A model generated the notes under the pieces. It was not told the origin of the DNA. It saw only the letters and a program-made list of their open reading frames with translations, and made no database searches. Of a DNA stretch of 64,000 nucleotides, positions 41,601 to 54,227 are shown one piece after another. How positions within the stretch are numbered: position 1 is the first letter of the stretch; the number at the start of each line of letters is the position of its first letter. The DNA is from Amoeboaphelidium protococcarum X5 (lineage: Eukaryota > Fungi > Aphelidiomycota). The translations under genes and the position numbers were made by a program. The stretch is from positions 124,001 to 188,000 of the forward strand of contig JALDTO010000154.1 of assembly GCA_023515725.1 (NCBI GenBank), read 5' to 3'.

Positions 41601-42921
41601 TGCTACCAAGTCTTTGGAAGCTATCACCAAGCCACCTATTTATGCTCATTTGACTTCCACTCTGGAAGGCTTATTTTCAATCCGTGCCTATCATGCATAG
41701 AAGCGTTTTGACGACATGAATATTGCCAAGTTGGATGACAATCATGAAGGCTAGCTGGCTACTAATGTTGTCAAGAGTTGGATTGCTTTGAATCTGGATC
41801 TTTTGTCATCTTTATTCGTCTACTTTACTGCTCTCTGCTGCGTTCTTTTCCGTAATACACCAGAGATGCCGTCCACCACTGGTCTTGCTTTGTCTAACGC
41901 TCTGCAGATGCTGGTCTTTCTACAATGGTCTGTGCGTATGATTGGTGAAGTGATTGGTAAGATGAGTTCCGTGGGTCAAATCGACTATTACGGTAATAAT
42001 GTTGCACCTGAAGCTCCTGCTAACATTCCTGATAAGAAGCCTGCTGATGAATGGCCACAACAAGGTCTCATCAAGTTTGAGAATATTGGGCTCAAGTACT
42101 CTGAATTCGGTGTCAAGGTATTGAAGAACATCTCATTCAATATCTACCCAACTGAAAAAATTGGTATTGTAGGCCGAACAGGTAGTGGTAAGAGTACTCT
42201 GCTCATCTCACTTCTCCGTATTGTGGAAGCTTGTGAGGGTAAGATCACAATTGATGGTGTGGACATTTCTGAGCTGGGCTTGGAAGATCTGAGAACCAAG
42301 ATTGCTATCATCCCTCAGGAGCCTGTCCTCTTCAAGGGTACAGTGCGCAGTAATTTGGATCCTTTCAATCATGCAACTGATGAAGAAATCTGGAAGGCTC
42401 TGGAGTCTGTTCACCTGAGTGCTAATATCTCCCAGTTACCTGAGAAACTGGAGACTATTGTCATTGAGAATGGTAAGAATTTCTCACTTGGTCAGAGACA
42501 GCTGTTCTGTATTGCGCGTGCTATTCTTGCAAAGACCAAGGTGTTGGTGCTTGACGAAGCTACTGCCAATGTTAGTCCCGAGACTGATCTGCTCATTCAG
42601 ACTGCTATCCGCGAGAATTTCAAGGATGTGACAGTGCTGACCATTGCTCATCGTCTGAACACCATCATTGACTCTGATCGTGTGCTAGTCTTGGATCAAG
42701 GTAAGATCTTGGAGCTGGATGATCCTGTTACTCTGCTGGAAAAGAAGAATGGCTCTTTCAAGGATTTGGTTGATTAGACTGGTCCTGCAACTGCCAAGAG
42801 ATTGTATGATTTGGCACGGGAAGGTCAGAAGCAGAGAAACTCAAAGGTGGCTGAAGAAGACAAAGAGCCAAAGGCTGGTGCTACCACAATTCAAGAGTTG
42901 GCTGGTATGCCTCAATAGTGA
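38644..42921 (+). CDS. ABCC/MRP-family full-size ABC transporter
   Basis: TMD-NBD-TMD-NBD layout. [22 protein letters not shown](TAG=Q)[50 protein letters not shown]. 1425 aa. Confidence 0.96.
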
Positions 42922-43030
42922 TAGTGAGTGGAATGTTCTGAAGAATATGGTTATGAATTGACAATGAGTGCTTCAATATAATTAAAAAAAGAGTATAAAT
43001 TCATTTAAATCCCATTTATTATTCTTATTT

Positions 43031-44430
43031 TCATATAACTTTCACCTCTTTACCCACTTGAATAAAGCTATCAATAGCGGCCTCAATATCATCTTTAGTG
43101 TGTGATGCACTGAGCTAGACGCGTATCCTAGCCTTTCCTTTAGGTACAACAGGATATGAGAATGGAATTACATAAATGTCGTGATCAGACAACAACTTGT
43201 CAGCCATCTAGACCGTCTTTTGAGCATCATAAATCATAACCGGGCAGATGGGATGCAACTCGACATCTGAACCACCCAACTGGAATCCGGCCTTCTTCAA
43301 AGAATCCCTGAAGTGCTTCACTTGAGACATTAACTTCTAGCGCAAATCTGCACCTTCATGACCTGTTACAACATCCAGAGCACCCAATGCACTCCCCACG
43401 ACAGCTGGCGCCAGAGAATTAGAAAACAGATATGGCCTGGCCTTCTATCTCAAAATGTCAACAATTTCCGGTAATGATGAAGTGGTGTATCCACCCATCG
43501 CACCACCAAGTGCCTTTCCAAGAGTACTATTTATGATGTGCACATCCGCATCCTCCCCACCGCCAGTCTTCAAATTGAAATACTCGGCAGTACCGCGACC
43601 ATTCTGACCATAGAAGCCCGTGGCATGACATTCATCAATGAACACCAAAGCTTTATACTTCTTGGCCAGTTGGACAATTTCAGGCAGAGGAGCAACGGTG
43701 CCGTCCATTGAGAATACTCCATCCGTGGCAATCAACTTGACTCTACTACCATCCTGAGTGGCCTGTTGTAACTATCTCTCCAGGTCCTGTACATCTCTAT
43801 TCTTGTAGCGATACCTTTTCGCTTTACACAAGCGTATGCCATCAATAATACTGGCATGGTTCAGCTCATCAGATAGTACCGCGTCATCCGAAGTCAGTAT
43901 AGCTTCAAACAGGCCAGCATTCGCATCAAAGCACGACGGGTATAGAATAGTGTCGCTAGTCCCATGGAATTAAGTAAGCTTTTGCTCTAGCTACTTATGA
44001 ATAGTCTAAGTACCACATATAAATCTACACTCATATAATGCATAAGAAATCTAGATTTAGAGAGTTTTAACGTACCTCACTGATGACAGTCCCGCACCAA
44101 ATTCATCCAAAGCCTGGCGAGATTTCTCAATAACATGTCGATGATTACTCAAACCCACTACACACATAATAGAACATTACGATAACATGTATTCTTTATT
44201 GAAATAACATAATCCGAATAGTATATAAAAGTCTTACAGTAGTTGTTAGCGCACATGTTCAGAACGCGACGACCATCAACGTTGAAGTGAACATCGCTTG
44301 AGGCATTGGACTATTGTTGAGCAAGTCTGACTCTGGCAGATTGAGGACTAGCAATAATCCTTTCACTTTTGTACAGTCCATCGCTCCTTAATTATTGCAA
44401 CTACTTTCCCAAAATTTACTTTAAACTCAT
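43031..44430 (-). CDS. GCAT: 2-amino-3-ketobutyrate CoA ligase (glycine C-acetyltransferase)
   Basis: [71 protein letters not shown]. Introns 44237-44158 and 44075-44025. Confidence 0.93.
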
Positions 44431-44579
44431 ATCACTGTTTTGATCTAGCTACTTTAGTCTCAGCGATAATCACCAAAAGATCGTTTTATAAGAGCAACTA
44501 CTGTAAAGAAGATTAGCGTGAGAAGATTCAAGATCTAAAAACGTTTAATCCATAACAAGTATATAAAAGTTAAATTCAT

Positions 44580-45935
44580 TCACCAATCTTAAGATTTAGA
44601 TGATGTGTCAGTGAGTGAAGGTGCTGCACCTTGAGAGCGTGATGCATTATCATCAATTTCAGGAGGAAGATGCACCTGCTCAATGCACAGCTTTCGCCGA
44701 CGACATTTGAACAGGAACGTGTCATCTTTAGTCTTTGATGAATTGAGTGCACTGCCACTACTACCACTTCCAGCCAACTATCTACTGCTTCTCTTGGCCA
44801 CCAGATAGCTATTAGGCTCGGTTAGAGAATTCAATTTAAACAATTTGCACAACCGAATCTGGCCATGATACTCCTTCGCAAAATAAGATTAGTCTTCACC
44901 GCCATATGCTTTTACATTGATGACAGCATCCACCATGTAATTTACGCGTTATAATAAAGATTATGTCCATTATAAAGCATTAGATGGAAGAGTAATCATA
45001 CAGACTGCCGGATACTACCGAACTAAGGCTCTGAGTGATATGAGAAATCGACAAAGACGCGTCAACTCCAAATCCTCACCAAATAATGGACTACCAAGAC
45101 TATTTAGCGCTATTCTGACAACTCTTTATTCATTGATTAGATCTTAGTCTTTATCCCGGTACATTGTCAAAAGATGCTGTGCAATCTGCTGCAATAATAG
45201 ATGATATGGATCTTCTTCACCGCCTTGACCACTGAATGGATCCAAGATTTAGATACTGTTGATATCCCCCACGTCATTCACAGTTGCCTTTTTGGAAAGA
45301 TCAAACACTGCACAGTATTATGGCTGAGATGTAATAACACTTTTAGCTTATGGGCTATTGATCGAAATAGAATTAGCACCTGATTTTGCACCAATAGTCA
45401 AAGTCTTACCACTACTGGCGGTAGGTGATCGCGCAATCTTTGTAAACGCAGATACTCTCGGACGGGAGCCTTTCTCATGCTACTGCTAATCATCACTATC
45501 ACCATTAATTTTGCCTAGATTCTCATATCTCCAAGCTATTTTCATTTTACTGGGCACATTCTCTTTACCACTTTGCTTCTATTATTATGAAGACAATGAC
45601 GCGACACTCTGAGAGGTGCCGCTATCCGATGAGTATATACCATAACACTCGGACACAACTCTATTACGCTAATCATCAGCATTGAGACAGCGATACGAAC
45701 CATTAAATACTATCGCTCCATGATTATGCCCAACCAGTCCTTGTGATAGAAAATATCTCACCAGGCAATGTGCAAACTAAGCATTATGAGTCTCATCTTC
45801 ATGCACAGCAATCACACTGCCAACAGGTAGACCGCCTCCAAGCAGAGAATCCAAGTCAGATATCCCGGTGGATGTCAGCAATAATTAATTAGCAGGTGAC
45901 AACTTTGTTCCACTAGGCAACTATGACGCGCTCAT
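44580..45935 (-). CDS. ELP4: Elongator complex subunit 4
   Basis: LTSTGISDLDSLLGGGLPVGS, MKIAWRY, RIALNSLGSPLF, YHG, FKCRRRKLCIEQVHLPP. Confidence 0.9.
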
Positions 45936-46104
45936 TACTTTTAAATTCAACTCTCTACGATCAATCGTAAATCAGAGTGATCGAAGTTAGAGAAGATTGA
46001 AAAGTGGTAAACGCTCCTTTTAAACGCGAAGAGCAAGATGTTTACAGTCGATCGAAATATTAAAATTTTACCCGATTTTAAAAAAGCTTTCATTGATGTT
46101 AAAT

Positions 46105-46932
46105 TCATTACTTGGCATAGTCAATAAAGTTTCCTGCTCTGTCCAATTGCGCGTAATAAAGATTGTGAAGTCTTTCTATTTGATCCGCCACTTAGTCGCC
46201 ATTAACCATTATGCGCCAACCATAAGTTGCGACATTAAAATCACTGATCCATATCAACTTCTCACTCAAAGTACTATCAACAGTGATTTGAAGAAAAAAA
46301 TCTTTACAGTCAACAGTACAAAACTAGTTACCTGCCAACTCTAAGAATACCAGTTTACTCATATTGACCAAGTTGATAATTTCATCGCGTACTTCTTACT
46401 GATAAACACCGACGCCTTGAATCTAATTACGTCTTAATTGCAGCACAAAACGATCACTAAAATACGCGTCGCACTTCTCTATCGTCTATCGTATTACCTT
46501 AACATCGCAGGACATTAGCATATTACATGACAAATCTAATTGCTTAACCAGCTAGCCTTTGAGAACCATAGTTTTAATCATTTCACCCAGATCATTGCAG
46601 GTGGGTTTCCCTAAACTTGGATAAGCAGAGGAACCTAGAGCACCATTGCAAAGACGGAGTACACCGTTTCTGAAATACTTTTGCGTGGTGAAACGCGTAC
46701 TATTAGCTACAGATTAAGAGTCCTTCATAGACTTAACCTTTGGACGTAAAACTTGCTTAACAAATACTGACATTATAACTTTATCTTTAGGTGCAGCCAT
46801 ATTCACTAAATCATCGACAAGATATTCATCTTCCAATACGGATTCTGGATCCAGATCACCAAAATACACCAAGATTGGCTAAAATTTCCTCTACTGCTCA
46901 GAGTCTAGTTACAACTTATCAAAAAAAGTCAT
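46105..46932 (-). CDS. Small leucine-rich-repeat protein (275 aa)
   Basis: LRR-like units LDLSCNML, LQLRRNQI, LELAGNQF, then KLIWISD..W...I..LH..YY. The + strand track ORF at 46093 is its antisense shadow. Confidence 0.7.
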
Positions 46933-48281
46933 TTATAACAGCGATATAACGAGACATCAAGTAATTAAGTCTGATCAACTGTTATCCAAATCTCTATAAA
47001 ACTTCAAGCCAAATTAACAGACAGACAGCGACTATTAAACAGCGTGTCAAGGTCAAGTCGTCGTTGTTGTTCTCAGTCGGCAGACTTTTTAACGAGAACT
47101 CGCTGAGAATTCCCGCGTTTTATTCAGTTGATTAGAAATTTACTTCTGCCGTGGAAATTGAGTGGGCTCTGTTATATAGTTCATCTTTAATAGATAGATA
47201 TGATTCCAAACTCTTTAATGATGGCTGCTCGTGGCAGTTCGATTGTAAGTACATTTAGTGGTAGTAATAAGAAAATCAATAGATATTGAGTTGAATGTAG
47301 CTGGTTGAATTGAAGAATGGCGAGACGTATAATGGAACTCTAGACTCTACCGACTCGTGGATGAATGTAATATTGAAAGACGCCATTTGCACTTCAGCAG
47401 TAAAAATAATATTTTATTTACTTTAGAGTATGAATTAATATGCAATAATCATGTATGTGTGTGAGTGAGTAGGATGGTGATCAATTTTGGAAGTTGGATG
47501 AGATTATAATTAGAGGAACGTCTGTGAAGTACATTCGTGTTGGAGACGAGGTAAGACTTGTAGTGTAGTTTGCAGAATCATTGATGAATAACTAATTATT
47601 GCTATAACGCTCTATCTCGCTCATTAAACTGACGCGGCAACTTGCTCGAGTGAAACGTTCGTTCGTGTTATTCGAGTGGGTTGGTTGTGCGTTTGTGTTT
47701 AGAGTTGAGTAATGCGAGCGTGTGCTATGTGGTGTTACCTGTAGATTGTTGATAAGGCGAGAGACTTTTAGAAACGCGTTCAGGCTGGTAACTTTGTCAG
47801 AGGACGGGGGCGTGGTGGACGTGGCCAGTCAACAAATGGTCAGAGGCGAGGTGGCAGAGGTGCACATAATAGTAACAATTAATGAATATAGCTTCATTTT
47901 GTCTGTATTTATCGTTTATAGTCCGGGAAAATTTTATCTTGGTGTTGTCAAAGCAAGTTTTGAATGTACATCGAAACTGCCATGGTGCCTAGTTTGGCTA
48001 TTAGTGACTCACTTTTACATATTGAAAACACCTTATTTTTGTTACATTTAGATAAACAAGTAGAAATCTGCTGTCATTCGATAGAAAGCATGCATTCTAT
48101 ACAGTGTTTTGAGTCGACAGAGATCATCTCGTCTCGATCAATGCCGATCGTTAATCTCTCTCTCTCTCCTTTTAGCCTATTGTTCGCGTTTGACTCTTCC
48201 TGTTCGTTCGTAAGCTGATATTCACGTTGATCATCTTCTTGTTGGATAATTTATTTATACGTTCTTATATAACATTTCAGT

Positions 48282-49883
48282 ATGACAAGTGATAAATTGC
48301 ATTAGGCGTTTGATACTATACTCATCCTGGATTTTGGATCGTAGTACTCACATTTGATTACGCGAAGAGTGAGAGAGTTGGGCGTGTATTGTGAGTTTGC
48401 TGCATGCACTTAGAAGGTGTCTGAATTGGACTTTAAGCCTGCTGGTATAATTCTATCTGGTGGTCCGTACTCTGTCTATGATCCTGAGGCGCCGCATGTT
48501 GATCCTGCCATATGGGAGTTGGGCGTTCCTATCCTGGGTATATGCTATGGTTTGTAGGAGATTGCGTGGCATTTGGGCGGTAAAGTCGCAGCTTGTTAGC
48601 ATCGCGAGTATGGACACGCGACTGTTAATCTGGTAGTGGATCACAAATGTCCATTATTCGATGGATTCGCCGATAATGTGTTGTAGGTTTGGATGAGCCA
48701 TGGAGATTAATTGAGCGAACTGCCGGCTGGATTCCAGACTGTTGCGCACACTTTGACATCTCCAATGACAGCAGTTTACTCGCAGCAGAAACAGATTTAT
48801 GGTATTCAGTTCCATCCAGAGGTGACACATACTCCGCGAGGTGTTGATCTATTGCGCAATTTCGTTATTGGAGTGTGCAAAGTCAAAGCCGATTGGTCTA
48901 TGGGCTCATTTATTGACAAGGAGATTGAGAGGATCCGCGCCATTGTGGGCAATGAGGCTCAAGTCATCGGTGCTGTGAGTGGTGGTGTGGATTCTACTGT
49001 GGCCGCAGCACTGATGAAGCAGGCGATCGGTGATAGATTCCATGCTATTCTGGTTGATAATGGATTGATGCGATTGAATGAGGCGCAGCTGGTGAAATCA
49101 CTCCTTGGTGATAAGTTGGGCATCAATTTGAATGTAGTGGATGCTAGTAGTCGGTTCCTCGGACTTTTGAAGGGTGTCACTGATCCAGAGTAGAAGCGAA
49201 AGATTATTGGCAATACTTTTATCCATGTCTTTGAAGAGGAGGCGGAGAGATTAACCAAAGAGGCATTGCTCGCTACTACGAAGGGCGGACAGTATGAGTA
49301 TCTACTTCAGGGTACACTGTATCCAGACGTGATTGAGTCCATATCATTCAAGGGACCTAGTGCAACAATCAAGACTCATCACAATGTTGGCGGTCTGCTG
49401 GCTGATATGAAGTTGAAGCTGATCGAGCCTTTGCGAGAGTTGTTCAAGGATGAAGTTCGCCAGTTGGGTCAAGTTCTGGGCATTGACAAGGATTTGGTAT
49501 GGAGACATCCGTTCCCTGGACCAGCTCTGGCCATCAGAATCCTGGGTGAAGTTAATGAGTAGTAGTTGGAAATTTTGCGCTAGGTTGATGATATTTACAT
49601 CACGGAATTGAAGTCGGCTGGCCTTTATCAAAAGATTGCTCAAGCATTTGCCGTACTCCTGCCTGTCAAAAGTGTTGGTGTGATGGGCGACTCACGTACT
49701 TATGAACAAGTAGTGGCTCTGCGTGCTGTGGAAAGCGTAGACTTTATGACCGCTGACTGGTTCGAAATGCCGTACGACTTTCTGAAGCGCGTCTCTGGTC
49801 GTATAATCAATGAAGTGAAGGGAGTGAACCGTGTCGTTTACGATGTCAGCAGTAAACCCCCAGCCACCATTGAATGGGAATGA
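48282..49883 (+). CDS. GUA1: GMP synthase (glutamine-hydrolysing)
   Basis: ILDFGS(TAG=Q)Y, LSGGP, GICYGL(Q), [36 protein letters not shown]. Confidence 0.97.
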
Positions 49884-50049
49884 ATACTTAATACTTAATT
49901 TTAGATTATTCCTGTAAATTCTAGATTTTTCATTTTGGATCTTACGTAGTTTGAAAGTCGTAGATATCTATCACCTTAAGGATAGTTTCCTGATTAGTCG
50001 CTCACTCTTTCAGTCTTCAAATATTCAACACCTAGTTTAAAAAAATAAG

Positions 50050-51009
50050 ATGGAAAAGATTATAGAAAAGGTGAACGCTTCGTTCAGCGAGGGAAATTAT
50101 TATGAAGCTCACTAGCAGTATAGAACTGTGTATAATAGATTGAAGCGGTAGAAGAAGTGGTAGGATGCGCTGCAACTGACAAGTGATGGAGCGATACGTT
50201 TACTGGATGCCGGTCAGATTGGTAGTGGAGCTGACCTGGCCGACTTGTACGTGAAAACTCTTGGCGATGCCAAAGTTAAGGTGTGTGCTATGTATATTGA
50301 TACCGCGGTATCGATTATGGATGCTTACACCAAGTGCTTGAGATCGAGCAGTAAATAGAGTGATGCTGACAAGTTGGGACGCGATGAGTTTATGCGTCAG
50401 ATGATCAAGTGGAGTGCCAGCTAGAACGACGTCCTTATTAATGGAGATGCTTTATTATATCACCTGTATGGTGAGATGCTTTATAATGAATAAGAGTATT
50501 AAAGAGCGATCCAGTAGTTGGTCTAAGGAAATGAATAAAGTTGTGCTGTGTTGGCCAAGATTGCGTCTAATGCCTCAGATTAGTATTCAACAGCTCTACA
50601 GATACTCCTGACTATGCTGTCTAATGGTAATCAGCTGATGGCAGAATAACACTGGAAGTAATTGACATAACACGCCGATATCTCCTAGGATGCGAAAGTT
50701 ATTCTAGATAAAGGATTGTCGGTGAGCGTCTATCGCGATGCTGATTTCTGTCTCAACTACGGAGAAATGCTTTTAATTGCGATAAAGTACAATGTCGTCA
50801 ACATTTTTAAGCTGTTGGATGTAAAGTACCCGTAAGTTGATGGCGTAATTAAGGATTACAGGTAGATGAAGAGTAAGATTGGGTAGCTGTACTTTGGTAT
50901 CACTCCTGCTCCAACCGGTCAATAATAAGGAGGATTGAACATTGGCGCCTTATTGAATTCGCTCATGCAATCGCCATCACAATAGCAGTAGCAGCAGCTA
51001 CATCAATGA
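50050..51009 (+). CDS. GET4: Golgi-to-ER traffic protein 4 (GET4/TRC35)
   Basis: GNYYEAH(TAG=Q)QYRTVYNR, GSGADLA, IKWS...GD, KIGQLYFGI. 319 aa. Not in the ORF track. Confidence 0.88.
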
Positions 51010-51385
51010 CTTATGATAAATAAGAGTTACGTTTATCCTTATCACGACGTTTTTGCATTTTTTGGCTTAAGTGAGTTTATCCCAATGGCGTATCTAGCTG
51101 TAGGCAGAGAAACTCATATCTTCCCAACAAAATTTTAATATTGAACACTTTAACTAGCATAGTCCTTACCTTTTCTATTAAAAAATTGTTCGAATATAAA
51201 TCTTTAAAGTGGGTGTGCGTACTTCAAATTGAAAGCTAGATGCGCCAGTGCTGTGCGAGGAAGGGACTACGGTTCTGTCCCAACACTTTCTGTATTGAGT
51301 GTTCGGGTGCTAAATATGGTCAAACTAATATGAAACTTTGAGTATCCAAATAGATTTGAATGTTTATATAGAACTAGTCTAGATG

Positions 51386-51758
51386 TGCTCTTAATCAACT
51401 GTTTCATACACTTAACTGAAAGTGGGACAAATGTCGCACATCGCGTTTGGCCAACTGGGACAAATGTCCCACATTTTTGAATGGGGCTTTTGAGTACTAA
51501 ATTTCACTCAGCCGCAGTAGTATACCTTGAGCTGGCTATTTAAATACTACTGGACATACCAACAAGTAATTAGTTGCTCTTAATCAACTGTTTTATACAC
51601 TCAACTGAAAGTGGGACAAATGTCCCACATCGCGTTTGGCCAACTGGGACAAATGTCCCACATTTTTGAATGGGACTTTTGAGTACTAAATTTCACTCAG
51701 CCGCAGTAGTATACTTTGAGCTGGCAATTTAAATACTACTGGACTTACCAACAAGTAA
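51386..51758. repeat. Tandem duplication (period 189 bp) of a transposon end, TA|CACTYAACTGAAAGTGGGACAAATGT...
   Basis: Units start at 51386 and 51575 and are near-identical. Inverted relative to 461-833. TA at 51407-08 and 51596-97 precedes the shared TIR. Confidence 0.85.
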
Positions 51759-51995
51759 AAATGTGCGCTTTATATTTGTTTAAGACAGGCTCTGTTTGAT
51801 GAAGATCATAAAAAAGATCTATGCTGTCATACAGACTAAATGATAAGTGGCACGCAACTCTTTGTTGTAAAAAAAATAACGCAATCCACCACCGTACAAT
51901 ATATTCAAACTTATTTACGATTGATATGTCAAAACTTGGCCAATCAACCAGCAGACATAGTCGACGAAATTATGTAAGACTTTATCATCCAACCA

Positions 51996-53966
51996 TCATT
52001 TTTGGGAAAACACTATACCAAAAAGCTTCAAACATTCAACATCTTCTAGCTCATTCTATTTACAGAAGAGATGTACATAATCCGTAATAAATTATTGCCT
52101 AGTGCCAAGCACCTAACAAATGGCCTTCAATGATTCATGAGTACAGCGTTGTTCCAAGACGCTTATCGTTGTCTCGAAGTATTAGCTATGAATGATCTAC
52201 TACAGGAAAAGCGCTACTTTTTAAGGGGAGTCGCGATAATGATAGGCAATTGATGAAGTCATCTCGCACTGTTATTCAAAAGGCAAATGCTCACATATCG
52301 AACTCACACACTCATGTAGTAGGTCCATCTAGTAATGATCGGACAAATCGGAATTCAAGTTCGTAAGACAGTGATAAACCACAGAACTTTCACCCAACCA
52401 GCATGTAATTTCGTGCAGCTCGAGTTCCAATTTAAAAAAATAATCATCAATGTCTTCATCTTCATTTCTAATAGCACTATCAGGTAAATTATCCAGGATT
52501 CTATAATCGATAGATGAAGATTTTAATACTTTAGCAAACACGCGAGAGGCAGACTCCAACTCCAATGGACCACAGATACGAACTACAGTCTACAAAAAGA
52601 TCCATAAATTGTCTGGCTCAATGTGTCTCTCAACAGTGGCAAGAAGCTTCTACTGATAGCCCGCCTTGTGACCAAACATATGGTAGATTAATCTGGAAGG
52701 CGCCTGATACTCTTCAATATGGCAGAATCGAACGAGTTTATACAATAACAGACAAAATTCTGAATCATCTGGTTTATCATAAGCCTCGGCCATCAGAAGA
52801 TAGTATAGATTGCATGAAGAATCCAACTACTACCAATGTACAAGAAAGGCCAGTATTAATGCAGCTCTTTCACCATTCAGAGGAAACTTACGAGCAAATT
52901 CAAACAGAGCACCACAAAGTTGTGAGGCCGATGATGATGGTAGATTTTCTGTAATATACTCGGACAGTTAGACACGCACACTCTTGTCAAATTATTCTGA
53001 ATCATCCACAGAATTATCAATTCCAAGTCGTCTCTCAACGTCAAAATTATAACAGTCATCAGACATTAAGTACTCATACGCAGACTAATGCTACTCACCA
53101 GTGGACAGCAGAGGGTGTACTCCATCACAATCCAACAATATTCTCACAAACTTTATGATTTCTTCATTCAAAACAGGTCTAACATCGTAATCAAGCTATA
53201 TTAAATCTTAAATACTTCCGCGTAACTCATCCCCGGCGTCATGCATATGTTATTGCCCAGTATGAATAAGAAACTGGAATAGGAAGCGACTGAGATCAGA
53301 CTCTGACATTCTAGTACCAAAGAACCGTTCAAACTGCACAAGCATCCTCTGACAATAATACCAATAATCAAGATCGAAGTATAGTTGATGGCAATTGTGT
53401 CTAGATAGCATCTCATTGAAATATCTGTAATCTAAAACTTTCCAACGAGGACTTTACACAGATACTGTTATCTTACGCCCATCCATAAATAACTGCGAAT
53501 ACATTTTTACATACGCCTTATCTGACATGCACAATATTTCATCATCAACAGCATCATGGTAGTAATAAGTGGACTTTACACGACTGAGCACTTCATCTCC
53601 CAAATGGTCTACAATTAGCTTACCCAGTTAGCGAAACAGCTTCGAACACTTGGCAAAGTCATTAGATTAATATTACTTGAACAGCCTTGCAAAAGCTTTA
53701 CTTTGAGTAGCCTGAGGAGAAAGAAAGTACATGAACTCTTTAGCAACTCTTATGCCCAGGTACGCGTGCTTCCAGATTCGCAGCATAGTCAAGCCGGGAC
53801 CATAGTATGAAAAATACACCTTCCTAATAAAGTATCGAGCTTTTCTGGACTGGACAAACTTTTACAGATCCCTGCAGGTGAGACTCAGCTCTAGCAAATC
53901 GACCGGGGAGAGGCACTACGCAAAAACTGAATTGGGCAATAACGCGAGCTATTGTAAGCCATCCAT
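51996..53966 (-). CDS. F-box-like family protein, type A copy 1 (656 aa)
   Basis: MDGLQQLALLPNSVFAQCLSPVDLLELSLTCRDL (F-box-like), YFSYYGPGLT, FPLNGERAA. Frame open to TGA51996. Confidence 0.75.
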
Positions 53967-54227
53967 AACCAACTGTAGTTCACTGCTTGCTGTTCTAACA
54001 ACTAGTACGCGAGTTCTCAAAATGATGAATGAGACAGAGGCTTAAAATTTACTAATGCGCATCAGTTAAACTATAGGAAAAAGCCACAGCGCGACAAGAT
54101 GAAACGGGAAGTTTTTACAGTGGCTCCCAACAGCCCCTTATTAACGGCGAGAGAACAAAGTACAGCAAAACTAAATCTAATGCATCGAATACTTAACACT
54201 TAGTTTAATAATTTCCAAATATTAAAC

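Noticed and set aside
46960-48270. 1.3-kb gap with a signal-peptide-like start (MKLYSLIVTIM, - strand) and track ORF 47722-48051
   Set aside because: TGA after 22 codons and no recognisable homology. At best a decayed gene.
51200-51340. Short Cys-rich frame (CCARKGLRFCPNTFCIEC) and two hairpins next to the repeat
   Set aside because: Too short and lies outside the TIR. Cannot be supported as a transposase remnant or an RNA.
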